A DNA stretch of 64,000 nucleotides from Dehalococcoidia bacterium (GTDB lineage: Bacteria > Chloroflexota > Dehalococcoidia > Lucifugimonadales > UBA1127). The notes beneath the pieces are model-generated. The model was given only the letters and a program-made list of their open reading frames with translations, was not told the origin of the DNA and did not search any database. Both the position numbers and the translations under genes were made by a program. Positions 1 to 10,063 of this stretch are shown here, in pieces. The stretch lies in the NCBI GenBank assembly GCA_965205235.1, contig CBDBGD010000003.1, positions 4,854 to 68,853 on the forward strand, given 5' to 3'. Each line of letters starts with the position of its first letter. Position 1 is the first letter of the stretch.

Positions 1-2
1 GC

Positions 3-158
3 ACGCCTGGATCAACAAGCTGGGAGTGGGTCTCATCGCAGCCGCGATCGTGGGCGGGACGTTGGGATTCGAGGACGCTACCACCATGATCGCCGGCGCC
101 GGGATTGCCCTCCTCCTAGTGGGCATCCTCCCCCAGATTCTTGCGGGAGGTAGGCCCT
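3..158 (+). CDS. membrane protein, C-terminal fragment (5' end outside window)
   Basis: Frame is open from the window edge to TAG at 156-158. Translation AWINKLGVGLIAAAIVGGTLGFEDATTMIAGAGIALLLVGILPQILAGGRP reads as two hydrophobic helices with high GC3. Confidence 0.35.
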
Positions 159-219
159 AGGGCGACCGCGAGCGCGTCACCCCGGCCGTACCTGCCTGTC
201 CCGCTTCCCCCGTGCGCCG

Positions 220-993
220 CTAGGTGACCCCTATGATGACCAGCGTCGTATCGTCGTTGCGCATCAGGCCTGCGCTGCGCTGCTGCTCCACCCAGGCGCT
301 CCATCCCGACCGGTCCAACGCCAGGAGGGTTTCCCAGGGCCTCTCTCCCTGGGCGTTCCTCGCGAGGAGCCAGCAGGCGAGGGCGTCGGACGCCAGGATG
401 AAGAGGTCACCGGCTGCACACTCGTCGCCGGCCCGCCGCACGTTCTCCCAGAGTCCGCCTGTGCTCTCCGGGTTGCTGCAGAGCAGGGAGGGGCTGTTGT
501 CGAACTGGGCGGCGTCGTCCAGGGGGAAGGACAGCAAAAGCCGGCCGTCGCGGACCAGGAAGAGGCAGCTGTCTCCGACCGCAACCGCCTGCCAGACGAG
601 CCTCCCTGGGCCGTCCGGACCCACGCCGACGGTCAGGCCCAGCAGCGTGGCGTAGGCCCCGAGCCGCGCCTTGGCCTCGCCGTGCCAGGGAATGCGGTCC
701 CACGGCACGCGGCCGTGCCACTCGTCCTGGGCCGATGCCAGCCAATCGTGGAGGGAGTCCTTGGTGAGGTGGCGAATATCGATGGGCCGTGTGACGAAGG
801 CGTCGGTGAGGACGTCGGCCCACTCCCGGGCGAAGGCCGACTCGGTCGCGCCGTCGGAGACGGCAGCGCGGGCCAGGCGACGGCCGGATACGCCGATTCG
901 TTGGGGGTAAATCGAACGAGCAGCATCTTCGTACTCGTCCGGGCTGTTGCCGGCCTTGGGCAGCGAGAACCGTCTGGGAGGTCGAAGGACCAC
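220..993 (-). CDS. PP2C-like serine/threonine phosphatase domain protein (PP2C_2-type)
   Basis: 257-aa ORF with AVSDGATES, VAVGDSCLFLVRDG and FILASDALACW blocks typical of bacterial PP2C_2 domains. GTG start lies 17 nt after the vWA stop and follows GGAAGGGGAAG. Confidence 0.7.
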   Translation of the reverse strand: MVLRPPRRFSLPKAGNSPDEYEDAARSIYPQRIGVSGRRLARAAVSDGATESAFAREWADVLTDAFVTRPIDIRHLTKDSLHDWLASAQDEWHGRVPWDRIPWHGEAKARLGAYATLLGLTVGVGPDGPGRLVWQAVAVGDSCLFLVRDGRLLLSFPLDDAAQFDNSPSLLCSNPESTGGLWENVRRAGDECAAGDLFILASDALACWLLARNAQGERPWETLLALDRSGWSAWVEQQRSAGLMRNDDTTLVIIGVT

Positions 994-1010
994 CTTCCCC
1001 TTCCAAGCAG

Positions 1011-1868
1011 CTAGCGAAGGTCTGAAGCAGCGCGCGTGCCGATGTCCAGGAACTGGACCAGGGCCACCATGTCAGCGTTGTACACGTACCCTCGAGAGCC
1101 CTCAGTGACCGGCAAGCCCATGCCGGCGGCGATCTCCACCACGGGGGCGGGAAAGACCGACGACATGCGGAACATGCGCCCTGCGTACTCGTCCGGAGGA
1201 ACGTCGCTCTCGTCGGCGGGGTACTGGACCGGCATAGCGGACATCTCGGAGAGGTGTGCGTTGTAGACCAGCACGTTGCCGTCGTTGGTGTGCAGGCCCA
1301 TGATCTCCTGGGCCAGGGGCTCCGGGTTCCCGTCCGTCGCGTCGCCGTCGGTCACGTTGATGAGCATGGGGGGATAGGAGTCCGGGTGCTGGGCCGTCCA
1401 GTCCTGGAGGGCCTTGGAGGCTGCGGAGAGGGCCTCGCACATGGGCGTGCCATAGCTGGCCATGGGCCGGAGCCACACAGGGAACTTTCTGGTGACTTCC
1501 ACCACGCCGCCGGCGCCGTCCGGCTCCTTGACCAGCCTCTCCTCCACCTGGGCGGCGTCAACCACCTGGCTGATGGCCAGGAAGGGCTGCTCCGGCGTTG
1601 TGCCGGGGAGAGCGGTCTCCAGCTTGGGCCGTCCCGAGTCGTCGGAACTGTAGGCGATGACGCCAACGTGGAAGTAGTCGCGAATGTCCATGCCCTGAGA
1701 GCAACGCTGGGAGACGGCGTCCAGGATGCGGTTTACCGCATCAGCCGCTCCATCCATCTTTCGCAGTTCCGGCTGCCCTCCCAGCGCCCCCGTCATCGAC
1801 CCTGATTGGTCGATGAGGAACAGGAAGCAGCCGGGGTTGTTGCGGCTGATGTCTGCTGTGTATGGCAT
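1011..1868 (-). CDS. von Willebrand factor A (vWA) domain protein, TerY-like
   Basis: MIDAS motif in FLFLIDQSGSM (DxSxS) near the N-terminus, then INVTDGDATDG. Start moved to the ATG at 1868, which is preceded by AAGGAGG; the 15 upstream codons of the track ORF lack an RBS. Confidence 0.8.
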   Translation of the reverse strand: MPYTADISRNNPGCFLFLIDQSGSMTGALGGQPELRKMDGAADAVNRILDAVSQRCSQGMDIRDYFHVGVIAYSSDDSGRPKLETALPGTTPEQPFLAISQVVDAAQVEERLVKEPDGAGGVVEVTRKFPVWLRPMASYGTPMCEALSAASKALQDWTAQHPDSYPPMLINVTDGDATDGNPEPLAQEIMGLHTNDGNVLVYNAHLSEMSAMPVQYPADESDVPPDEYAGRMFRMSSVFPAPVVEIAAGMGLPVTEGSRGYVYNADMVALVQFLDIGTRAASDLR

Positions 1869-2022
1869 GCGCGACCTCCTTGGCCTGGGCTTGCAGCGGC
1901 CCGACGGCCCCATTGTATGTCTGTGACAGGAGAAAGGCCACTTGGGTCACCCGGGGACGGTGGCCGCTCTTGCTGGGGCGGGAGATGGACCTCCAAGGGG
2001 CCTCGCGCCAGAGGGGAGCCCG

Positions 2023-2238
2023 TTAGTGGCCCATGTCCATGCGCTTTTCGCCGGAGAGGTAGGCCTCGGGCTCCTTGGAGAAGGCGACGCGGCAGCCGGG
2101 CGCGCAGAAGTAGTAGGTGACGCCGTTGTACTCGTGGGTGCCGCCTGGGGGCTTGGCGACGTCGACCTGCATGTGGCAGATGGGGTCCTCCGCGAGCTCC
2201 TTGTTGCCTCCGAGGGCTGCGAGGATCTTGCCTATCAT
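2023..2238 (-). CDS. YHS/TRASH-domain metal-binding protein
   Basis: 71 aa with DPICHMQV...YYFCAPGCRVAFSKEPEAYL, the YHS-domain signature. Last gene of the copper cluster. Confidence 0.85.
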   Translation of the reverse strand: MIGKILAALGGNKELAEDPICHMQVDVAKPPGGTHEYNGVTYYFCAPGCRVAFSKEPEAYLSGEKRMDMGH

Positions 2239-2261
2239 GGGTTCCTCCTGTGGGTGGTTCG

Positions 2262-2984
2262 TTACTCGACCGCCTTGGTCGACACTTCCGCAACGATTCC
2301 GAAGTGGTCGGATAAGGTCCTTCCGTCCTCTATGTTACTGAGCACGTCCAGGGAATCAACCTCCAGGTCCTTGCTCAGTGCAATATGGTCGATGCTGCGG
2401 CGTCCCTCGAATGCAACATTGGCCGTGGCAATGCCTACCGCCGGCGGGAAGGCGCCGAGAAGTGCCTGTTGCAGATCGGCGGGAGCACGGCTCTTCGCCC
2501 CAACAATCTGATTCAAGTCTCCCATAACCACCAGACGCGTGGTAGTCATCTGTGCGAGCACTTTCGTCAGACCTGCCAGGTACTCCTCGTGGTCCTGCCA
2601 CCGCCGGCGGCGTTCCGGTCCACGGTAGGCCTCAGTCCGCGAGCCAAACCACGGGATGCCGACACCGACGACAGTGACTTCGCCGAGCGACGTCTGTGTG
2701 ACTCCTGCTATGAATCGCCCGGGCGGCAGGGACTTGATTCCGACGCAGTCGACCTGGCTCCACGGCTCTCGTGACCAGAGCGCGACCTTGCGTCGACCCT
2801 CCGTCGTCCGATACCCGTAGTCGCTCTGCGAACGGATTGTGTGTCCACGCTGCGACAGCAGGTCTTTGTGCGTCTCGGTGAGACAGACGACCTCGGGAGC
2901 GTGCCGTTCAATTCGCCGCAGGATCTCGCTGCTCCGCCGCGAGGTGGGCGCGGCCCATTCGACGTTCCACGTGGCAATCCTCAT
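2262..2984 (-). CDS. endonuclease/exonuclease/phosphatase (EEP) family protein
   Basis: MRIATWNVEW...VVCLTE...VVMGDLN...SIDHIALS...SDHFGIV follows the EEP (DNase I-like) motif order. ATG lies 4 nt after the copA stop. Lower G+C than flanks (65/120 at 2281-2400). Confidence 0.8.
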   Translation of the reverse strand: MRIATWNVEWAAPTSRRSSEILRRIERHAPEVVCLTETHKDLLSQRGHTIRSQSDYGYRTTEGRRKVALWSREPWSQVDCVGIKSLPPGRFIAGVTQTSLGEVTVVGVGIPWFGSRTEAYRGPERRRRWQDHEEYLAGLTKVLAQMTTTRLVVMGDLNQIVGAKSRAPADLQQALLGAFPPAVGIATANVAFEGRRSIDHIALSKDLEVDSLDVLSNIEDGRTLSDHFGIVAEVSTKAVE

Positions 2985-2988
2985 CGGT

Positions 2989-5277
2989 CTAGCTTGGGCG
3001 GAGGCGGCGGAGACGCAGGGAGTTGCCGACGACGGAGACGGAGCTGAGGGCCATGGCCAGGGCCGCGAGCACGGGGTTCAGGAAGCCCCGATCGCCGAAG
3101 AAGGGCTCCAGGCCGCCGGGGACGCCGCCCAGGGCCTGGAAGAGGGGGTAGAGCGCGCCCGCTGCAACGGGGATGAGCAGGACGTTGTAGAAGAAGGCCC
3201 AGAAGAGGTTCTGCCGGATGGTGCGGACGGTGGCGCGGCTGAGCCGCAGCGCGGTGAGGACGCCCCGCAGGTCGCCGCGCATGAGGGTGACCTCGGCGGT
3301 CTCGACGGAGACTCCCGCGCCGGTGCCCATGGCGATGCCGACGGATGCCTGGGCCAGGGCCGGGGCGTCGTTGACGCCGTCACCGACCATGGCCACCACC
3401 TGACCCTGCTCCTGCAGGGAGCGCACCCGGGCGGCCTTGTCCTGGGGGAGCACCTCGGCGACGACGCGGTCGACGCCGAGCTCCCGTGCGACGGCCTCCG
3501 CCGTGCGCGCGTTGTCGCCGGTGAGCAGGACCGTGCCGATGCCCATCTCCCGCAGCCGTGCGACCACGCCGGCGGACTCGGGCTTGAGCGTGTCGGCGAC
3601 AGCGAGGAGGCCCAGCGCGCGCCCGTCGGCGGCGACGAAGACGGCGGTGACGCCCCGAGCGGAGAACTCCTCCCACCGCGCCTCCAGGCCGTCGACGGGG
3701 ATGCGGTGGGTCTCCATGAGGGCGCGGTTGCCGATGACGACCCGGCGACCGTCGACACGGGCGACGACGCCCAGGCCGGGCGCGGCCTCGAAGTCCTGCG
3801 GCTCGACCAGGGCGATGCCCTCGGCGCGGGCTGCGTCGACGATGGCCTCACCGAGGGCGTGCTCCGACGCGCGCTCGGCGGAGGCGGCGAGGCGCAAGAC
3901 CTCCTCGCGGTCGTCGGCGGGGACGACGTCGGTGACGGTGGGCGTGCCGCGGGTGACGGTCCCGGTCTTGTCGAGGACGACGGTGGTCACCCGGTGGGCC
4001 TGCTCCAGGGCCTCCGCGCTGCGGACCAGCACGCCGTACTCAGCGCCCTTCCCGATGCCGACCATAATGGCCGTGGGCGTGGCGAGGCCGAGGGCGCAGG
4101 GGCAGGCGATGATGAGGACGGTGACAAAGGTGAGCAGCGAGTAGGTCAGGGAGGGGTCGGGCCCCAGCATGAGCCAGAGGAGGAAGGAGAAGGAGGCGAC
4201 GGTGATGACCGCCGGCACGAAGTAGGAGGCGACGCGGTCGACGAGCCGCTGGACGGGGGCGCGGGAGCCCTGGGCGGTCTCGACGAGGCGGATGATCTGG
4301 GCGAGGACGGTGTCGCGGCCCACCTGGGTGGCCTGGAAGGTGAAGCTGCCGGTGCGGTTGAGGGTGGCCCCGAAGACCCGGTCGCCGGGGCCTTTCTCGA
4401 CGGGCATGCTCTCGCCGGTGAGGGTGGACTCGTCGAGGGTGGAGGCGCCGGCGGTCACGACGCCGTCGACGGGGAGCTTCTCGCCGGGGCGCACCAGGAC
4501 CAGGTCGCCGGGCACGACCTCCGCGACGGGCACGTCGACGGCGTCGCCGTCCCGGAGGATGCGCGCGGTCTGGGGCTGGAGGCCCATGAGGGCGCGGATG
4601 GCCTCGGAGGTGCGGCCCTTGGCCCGGGCCTCGAGGAGGCGGCCGAGGAGGACGAGGGCGATGATGAGGGTGGAGGTGTCGAAGTATACGGCGGTGTCCA
4701 CGCCGCGGTCGGCGAAGAAGCCGGTGAAGAGGGTGACGGCGACGCTGAAGGCGTAGGCCGTGGTGGTGCCCATGACGATGAGGGTGTGCATGTTGGCGGT
4801 GCGGTGTCGCAGGGCACCCAGGCCGGAGACGTAGAACTGCCAGCCCACCCAGAACTGGACGGGCGTGGCCAGCGCCCAGAGGACGTACCAGTCCTGCAGG
4901 AATCCAGGGACCCAGGGGAAGAGGTCCGGCATGCTGCCCAGCAGCACGGCGATGCCCAGGAGACCAGCGACGGCCAGACGCCTCTGCAGGCCGCGGATCT
5001 CCGCCGTGCGGGCCAGACGCTCGATCTCAGCCTGCGCGTCCTCCTCCGCCTCCGTGGCGGCGGTGTAGCCCGCGTCGACCACGGCGGCGTGGAAGTCGTC
5101 GAAGGAGGCGGCGCCGGGCAGGAATTCGACTTGGGCCTTCTCGGTGGCGAGGTTGACAGAGACGCCCTGCACGCCGGGGACGCCCTGGAGGGCGCGCTCC
5201 ACGTGCATGACGCATGCGGCACAGGTCATGCCTCCGATGATGAGCGTGGTCTTTTCGACCGTCGACGCTTGGGTCAC
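2989..5277 (-). CDS. copA: copper-translocating P-type ATPase
   Basis: N-terminal HMA domain [15 protein letters not shown] transport motif ([13 protein letters not shown]), DKTGTVT phosphorylation site and [13 protein letters not shown] hinge. Start set to GTG at 5277 (V72 of the track ORF) just after the csoR stop. The longer ORF overlaps csoR out of frame. Confidence 0.95.
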   Translation of the reverse strand: MTQASTVEKTTLIIGGMTCAACVMHVERALQGVPGVQGVSVNLATEKAQVEFLPGAASFDDFHAAVVDAGYTAATEAEEDAQAEIERLARTAEIRGLQRRLAVAGLLGIAVLLGSMPDLFPWVPGFLQDWYVLWALATPVQFWVGWQFYVSGLGALRHRTANMHTLIVMGTTTAYAFSVAVTLFTGFFADRGVDTAVYFDTSTLIIALVLLGRLLEARAKGRTSEAIRALMGLQPQTARILRDGDAVDVPVAEVVPGDLVLVRPGEKLPVDGVVTAGASTLDESTLTGESMPVEKGPGDRVFGATLNRTGSFTFQATQVGRDTVLAQIIRLVETAQGSRAPVQRLVDRVASYFVPAVITVASFSFLLWLMLGPDPSLTYSLLTFVTVLIIACPCALGLATPTAIMVGIGKGAEYGVLVRSAEALEQAHRVTTVVLDKTGTVTRGTPTVTDVVPADDREEVLRLAASAERASEHALGEAIVDAARAEGIALVEPQDFEAAPGLGVVARVDGRRVVIGNRALMETHRIPVDGLEARWEEFSARGVTAVFVAADGRALGLLAVADTLKPESAGVVARLREMGIGTVLLTGDNARTAEAVARELGVDRVVAEVLPQDKAARVRSLQEQGQVVAMVGDGVNDAPALAQASVGIAMGTGAGVSVETAEVTLMRGDLRGVLTALRLSRATVRTIRQNLFWAFFYNVLLIPVAAGALYPLFQALGGVPGGLEPFFGDRGFLNPVLAALAMALSSVSVVGNSLRLRRLRPS

Positions 5278-5305
5278 TGCCGCTGCCTCACGAGTCCGGC
5301 TGTCG

Positions 5306-5572
5306 TCATCGGTTGGCCAGGGCGTAAAGCTCGACGAGCTCCTGGAGGACTTCCCCCTCGCGGCCGTCCCTGACGCCGCTGACGACGCAGGTGCCGAGGT
5401 GGTCCTGCAGGAGTACTGCGCTGAGCTTCTCCGTGGCCCGCCGGACGGCGTAGAGCTGCTTGAGGATGTCGACGCAGTACTTGTCCTCATCGACCATGCG
5501 GCGGACCCCTTCCAGGTGGCCCTGCATGTAGCTGAGGCGCTTGAGGGCGTCGGCCTTCGTCGTACCGGTCAT
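5306..5572 (-). CDS. csoR: CsoR-family copper-sensing transcriptional repressor
   Basis: 88 aa with [39 protein letters not shown]...DHL..C, the CsoR/DUF156 pattern including the Cys-His-Cys ligand positions. ATG at 5572 is preceded by GGAGGA. Confidence 0.9.
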   Translation of the reverse strand: MTGTTKADALKRLSYMQGHLEGVRRMVDEDKYCVDILKQLYAVRRATEKLSAVLLQDHLGTCVVSGVRDGREGEVLQELVELYALANR

Positions 5573-5591
5573 GCTTTGTCCTCCAAGACCC

Positions 5592-5612
5592 ATACCCCCT
5601 GGGTGGGGGTAT
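5592..5612. promoter_or_regulatory. putative CsoR operator (inverted repeat ATACCCCC-N5-GGGGGTAT)
   Basis: Perfect 8-bp inverted repeat located 20 nt upstream of the csoR start. It matches the TACCC-N-GGGTA type of operator described for CsoR regulators. Confidence 0.65.
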
Positions 5613-5659
5613 GGACTACGATATAGGTGTGGTGGGGGTTGCGTCAAGGGGCGGTATGC

Positions 5660-5732
5660 CCTCACCCCAGCCCTCTCTCAGAGGGAGGGGGGCAAGGGAT
5701 GGGCGAGCCCTCTCCGGAGGGAGTGGGGGGTA
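5660..5732. repeat. two tandem REP-like GC-rich hairpin units
   Basis: AGCCCTCTCtcaGAGGGAGGGGGGCAAGG, then AGCCCTCTCcgGAGGGAGTGGGGGGTAAG. Each unit folds as CCCTC-loop-GAGGG. Intergenic; spurious translation is LTPALSQREGG. Confidence 0.4.
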
Positions 5733-5815
5733 AGAAACTGCTGACATCTGCACCTTGACAGCCCTCCGCGGCTGCCCTAGCCTACTCCGCACTCTGACGA
5801 CGGGCGGAGGCAGCC

Positions 5816-6199
5816 ATGGCCGAGACCTTTGTACACTTCGAGATACCGGCGGACGACGTGGACGCGATCATGGCGTTCTACGAGAGCGTGTACGGCTGGA
5901 CGTACCAGCGGGTCCCGATGCCCGCACTGCCCGGCGGGGAGTACGTCCTGGCCATGACCAAGGAGGCGGGCGCGCCGGGGATGGACGGCGGAATCTTCAA
6001 GAAGTCCGGCCCCCAGGACCGGCCCTACAGCTACATCGGCGTGGGGTCAATCGACGACACGGTGGCGAAGGTGGAGGCGGCCGGCGGCACGGTGGTGCAG
6101 CCCAAGATGGCCGTGCCGGGCGTGGGCTGGGCGGCGATCGTGGCGGACCCGGAGGGGAACCCGCACGGGCTCTTCCAGGACGACTCGCAGGCGGCGTGA
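5816..6199 (+). CDS. VOC (glyoxalase/bleomycin-resistance/dioxygenase) family protein
   Basis: 127 aa: FVHFEIPADDVDAIMAFYESVYGW...GVGWAAIVADPEGNPHGLFQ, a typical single VOC module. Confidence 0.8.
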   Translation: MAETFVHFEIPADDVDAIMAFYESVYGWTYQRVPMPALPGGEYVLAMTKEAGAPGMDGGIFKKSGPQDRPYSYIGVGSIDDTVAKVEAAGGTVVQPKMAVPGVGWAAIVADPEGNPHGLFQDDSQAA

Positions 6200-6205
6200 G
6201 CGGCG

Positions 6206-7159
6206 TTGAACGGCGACGGCTTCGCCATCCGGGCCGAGGGCCTGGCCCGCAGCTTCGGCAGCGTTCGCGCCGTGGACGGCGTGGAGCTGGCCGTGCCCTT
6301 CGGCGAGATCTACGGCTTCCTGGGGCCCAACGGCGCAGGGAAGACCACCGTCATCCGCATGCTCATCACCCTGCTCTCTCCCACTGCGGGGGAGGCCCGA
6401 GTCGCGGGCTTCGACCTGGTCCGCCAGCCGGACGAGGTGCGCCTGCGCATCGGCGCGGCCCAGCAGGAGGCCGCGCTGGACAACAAGCAGACCGGTCGTG
6501 AGCTGCTGCGGCTCCAGGGGCGGATCTACGGGCTCTCCGGGCGCGCCATCGACCGGCGGATCGACGAGCTGAGCGACCTGGTGGACATCGGCGAGGCGAT
6601 GGACCGGCTCATCGGCACCTACTCGGGCGGCATGAAACGGCGGCTGGACCTGGCGGCGGCGCTGATACACCGGCCGGTGGTGCTGTTCCTGGACGAGCCA
6701 ACCACGGGGCTGGACCCCATCAGTCGCGCCCGCATCTGGGAGGAGATTCGCCGGATCAACGAGGAGATGGAGGTGACCATCTTCCTGACGACCCAGTACC
6801 TGGAGGAGGCCGACTCACTGGCCCACAGGGTGGGGATCATCGATCAGGGGAAGCTGGCGGCGGAGGGCGCGCCGGAGGAGCTGAAGCGGGCGCGGGGCTC
6901 GGACCTCATCGTCGTCCGGCTGGACGGCGACGTGGACGAGGCCAGGGCGGCCCTGCAGAGCGTCCCGCAGGTGGAGCGGGTGGAGGTCCACGGGCAGGAG
7001 CTGACCGCAAGCGTTTCCAACGGCGCTGCGCTGATCAGCGCGGTCGCCCTGGCGCTGGACCGGCAGGGCGTCCAGGTGCAGGAGCTGACGCTGCGGACGC
7101 CGACGCTGGACGACGTGTTCCTCCAGGTGACGGGCGGACGGCTGCAGGAGGGAGGGTAA
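6206..7159 (+). CDS. ABC transporter ATP-binding protein (DrrA/ABC-2 type)
   Basis: Walker [10 protein letters not shown], signature YSGGMKRRL and Walker [16 protein letters not shown] start. Confidence 0.9.
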   Translation: MNGDGFAIRAEGLARSFGSVRAVDGVELAVPFGEIYGFLGPNGAGKTTVIRMLITLLSPTAGEARVAGFDLVRQPDEVRLRIGAAQQEAALDNKQTGRELLRLQGRIYGLSGRAIDRRIDELSDLVDIGEAMDRLIGTYSGGMKRRLDLAAALIHRPVVLFLDEPTTGLDPISRARIWEEIRRINEEMEVTIFLTTQYLEEADSLAHRVGIIDQGKLAAEGAPEELKRARGSDLIVVRLDGDVDEARAALQSVPQVERVEVHGQELTASVSNGAALISAVALALDRQGVQVQELTLRTPTLDDVFLQVTGGRLQEGG

Positions 7160-7164
7160 CCCCG

Positions 7165-7974
7165 ATGGCTGCCGGCAGCGTCTCGGTGGCGGCGCGGGAG
7201 ACCCTGGCCCGACGGGGCGGGTTCATTCGAGACACGGCAAGTATGGCCACTCGGGCGCTGCGGTCGGTCAAGAGGGACCCGGAGGTCACGATACCGGCGC
7301 TGTTCATCCCCGTCTTCATGTACGCGATGACCGTGGGGGCGCTGAACGACATCGCCGAGGGTATCCCGGGGCTGAACTACCGCGCCTTCCAAATCCCGGT
7401 GGCGGTGCTCTTTGCGGTAACCGGCGTGTCCCGCGCCCTGGTGGTGGTCACGGACGTGCAGACGGGCTACTTCGACCGGCTGGTGATCAGCCCGGTGAAC
7501 CGGCTGGCGCTGCTGCTGGGGATGATGATCGCGGACTTTGCGCTGGTCGTGGCGCTGACGGTGCCGGTGATCATCATGTCGTTCATCGTGGGGGTGAGCT
7601 TCGCGACGGGCGTGCCGGGGATCCTGGCGTTCATGCTGATGAGCGGGTCGTGGGGGCTGGTGTTCACCGGCTTCCCCTATGCCATCGCCCTCAAGACGGG
7701 CAACCCGGCTGCGGTCAACATGAGCTTCCTGCTGTTCTTCCCGCTGCTGTTCACGACGACGCTGTTCATGCCGCAGGAGGCGATGACGGGCTGGCTGAGC
7801 ACGGCCGTGGACTACAACCCGGTGACGTACCTGCTGGCTGCGCTGCGGTCGCTGATCTCGGTGGGGTGGGAGCCCGTGACGCTGGCGAAGGGCGTGGGCG
7901 CGGTGCTGGGGGTGGGGGTGGTGAGCATCGGCATGGCGCTGGCGGCGCTTGGGGGGCGAGCGACGCGGAAGTAG
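7165..7974 (+). CDS. ABC-2 type transporter permease
   Basis: 269 aa with about 6 hydrophobic segments. Starts 5 nt after the ATPase gene stop. Confidence 0.85.
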   Translation: MAAGSVSVAARETLARRGGFIRDTASMATRALRSVKRDPEVTIPALFIPVFMYAMTVGALNDIAEGIPGLNYRAFQIPVAVLFAVTGVSRALVVVTDVQTGYFDRLVISPVNRLALLLGMMIADFALVVALTVPVIIMSFIVGVSFATGVPGILAFMLMSGSWGLVFTGFPYAIALKTGNPAAVNMSFLLFFPLLFTTTLFMPQEAMTGWLSTAVDYNPVTYLLAALRSLISVGWEPVTLAKGVGAVLGVGVVSIGMALAALGGRATRK

Positions 7975-8242
7975 CAGGGCATGCCCTGCACCCTCACCTT
8001 GGGGCGTTGGGCTGCAACAGCGCTTGCACCTTCGAAGCGACAGCGAAGCCTGCGATGGTTGAGCCGCCACCCCGTACCACCATCGCATTCCCACCCGCCG
8101 ATGCAGCGCCTACTCTTGCGGCAGGCGTGGGGGGAAGCGTATACTATCTATCTGTTGGGTTGGAGACCTCCTCAGGTTATCCCCTGACCAGGCCTCCGAG
8201 TATTCCCGTCGTGGGATAATTCCTGGCGGGATGCGGGTGTAG

Positions 8243-10063
8243 ATGCGCGTTCTCCTTCGGATCCTCGGTCTGGTCTACCGCAAATACCCCTACCGAATCG
8301 CCGCAGGGTACGTCGCCGTCCTGGGGGCGGCGGGCACGGCCCTGATCATTCCCCGCGTCCTGGGCACGAGCGTGAACCAGGTGCTGGAGTCGGGAGAGGG
8401 GGACCTGCGGCAGCTCTACGCGCTGGCCGGCATCCTGCTCCTAGCGGGCGCGGGCCGCGGCCTCTTCCGGCTGGGCGAGAACTTCCTGGCGGAGGGCCTA
8501 TCGCAGCGGCTGGCCTACGACCTGCGCAACGCCTACTACGCCAAACTGCAACACCTGAGCTTTGCCTTCCACGACCGGCAGACCACGGGCTCGCTGATGT
8601 CGCGGGCGACCGCGGACGTGGAGGGGCTACGGAACTTTGCGAACATGGGCGGCATTCGCGCCGTCTTCGTCCTGGTCATGTTCGTGGGTATCACCACTGT
8701 CATGCTGCTCACGGACGTGAAGCTGGGCCTGATCGGGCTGGCGTTCGTTCCCATTCTGGGCTTTCGCTCCATCAGCACAAGCGTCACGCTGCGCCGCATC
8801 TGGCTGCACGTCCAAGAATTGACAGGCCAGATGGTGGCGGTGCTGCAGGAGAACCTGATAGGCAACCGGGTGGTGCGGGCGTTTGCGGCGGAGGAGTACG
8901 AGAAGAAGAAGTTCCGCGCCTCCCACCGCAAGGTGACGACCGCGCGGTATCGGGCAGAGCGGAAGTGGGCGGGCAACTTTGCCACGCTGAACTTCGGCTT
9001 CATCCTTGCCACGGGAGTAATGCTCTGGGTGGGCGGACAAGAGGTCCTGGACGGCCGTGTGGTGGTGGACGGCGAGGTGCAGTACACGGGCCTGAACCCC
9101 GGCGAGCTCACGTCCTTCCTGTTCTACATGGGACTGCTGACGATGCCCGTGCGGATGCTGGGATGGATGGTGAACAACGCCTCCCGAGCCTCCTCCTGCG
9201 GTCAGCGCATCTTCGAAATCCTGGACGCCGACTCGCCCGTGCGCGACATGCCCGGCGCTCGGAACACCGGCCGGGTGCAGGGGCGGGTGGTCTTCGACCA
9301 CGTCTCCTTCAGCTACAACGGGACGATCCCGGCCCTCAACGACGTGAGCGTGGAGGTGGAGCCGGGGCAGATGGTGGCCCTGCTGGGACGCCCGGGGAGC
9401 GGCAAGACGACATTCGCCCACCTGCTGCCGCGCTTCTACGACGTTTCCAGCGGGAGTCTGCGCATTGACGGCGTTGACGTTCGGGAGTTCACGCTGGATT
9501 CACTGCGGGACAACGTGGGCATCGTGCAACAGGACGTGTTCATCCACAGCGCCACGGTGCGAGAGAACATCTCGTACGGGCAGGTGGGCGCGCCGCTGGA
9601 GAAGGTGGAGGACGCTGCCCGGATAGCCCAGCTTCACGACTTCATCGGCAGCCTGCCCAGGCAGTTCGATAGCCCGATAGGGGAGCGGGGAGTCAGCCTC
9701 TCCGGGGGGCAGAAGCAGCGTCTCTCCATCGCCCGGACGATACTGCGCGACCCGCCAATCCTCATCCTGGACGACTCGACGTCCAGCATCGACGCATACA
9801 CGGAGCACCGCCTGCAGGAGGCGATGGAAGCCGTGCTCCATGGCCGGACGACCTTCATCATCACGCACCGGCTCAGCGCGATCCGCAAAGCCGACCTCAT
9901 CCTGGTCTTCCAGGGCGGCCAGATCGTAGAGAGGGGCGTGCACGACGAGCTCATGGCCCTGGACGGGGTCTATCGAGACCTGTACGAATCGCAGCTCCGG
10001 CCCCAGGAGGAGACCGCCCTCCACGAGGCGAAGCTGGCCGCGCAGCGGGGAGCGGACCTGTGA
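8243..10063 (+). CDS. ABC exporter, fused permease/ATPase (heterodimer half 1)
   Basis: N-terminal 6-TM domain. Walker A GRPGSGKTT, signature LSGGQKQRLSIAR and Walker B ILILDDSTSSID. Confidence 0.9.
   Translation: MRVLLRILGLVYRKYPYRIAAGYVAVLGAAGTALIIPRVLGTSVNQVLESGEGDLRQLYALAGILLLAGAGRGLFRLGENFLAEGLSQRLAYDLRNAYYAKLQHLSFAFHDRQTTGSLMSRATADVEGLRNFANMGGIRAVFVLVMFVGITTVMLLTDVKLGLIGLAFVPILGFRSISTSVTLRRIWLHVQELTGQMVAVLQENLIGNRVVRAFAAEEYEKKKFRASHRKVTTARYRAERKWAGNFATLNFGFILATGVMLWVGGQEVLDGRVVVDGEVQYTGLNPGELTSFLFYMGLLTMPVRMLGWMVNNASRASSCGQRIFEILDADSPVRDMPGARNTGRVQGRVVFDHVSFSYNGTIPALNDVSVEVEPGQMVALLGRPGSGKTTFAHLLPRFYDVSSGSLRIDGVDVREFTLDSLRDNVGIVQQDVFIHSATVRENISYGQVGAPLEKVEDAARIAQLHDFIGSLPRQFDSPIGERGVSLSGGQKQRLSIARTILRDPPILILDDSTSSIDAYTEHRLQEAMEAVLHGRTTFIITHRLSAIRKADLILVFQGGQIVERGVHDELMALDGVYRDLYESQLRPQEETALHEAKLAAQRGADL

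Noticed and set aside
1-220. Ser/Thr kinase partner for the vWA-PP2C dyad
   Set aside because: The only coding signal left of the PP2C-like gene is the end of a convergent membrane-protein gene. No kinase motifs appear in any frame within the window.
2839-5373. 844-aa ORF on the plus strand
   Set aside because: It is antisense to copA. Its composition is Gly/Asp/Ala/Arg-rich with no motifs, the usual high-GC antisense open frame. copA on the minus strand has all P-type ATPase motifs.
7975-8242. Structured leader/operator upstream of the ABC exporter pair (palindrome CAGGGCATGCCCTG at ~7976-7989; TTATCCC...GGGATAA at 8177-8219)
   Set aside because: The inverted repeats are short (5-7 bp), with no T tract and no recognisable motif. 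This is not enough evidence to call a terminator, riboswitch or operator.
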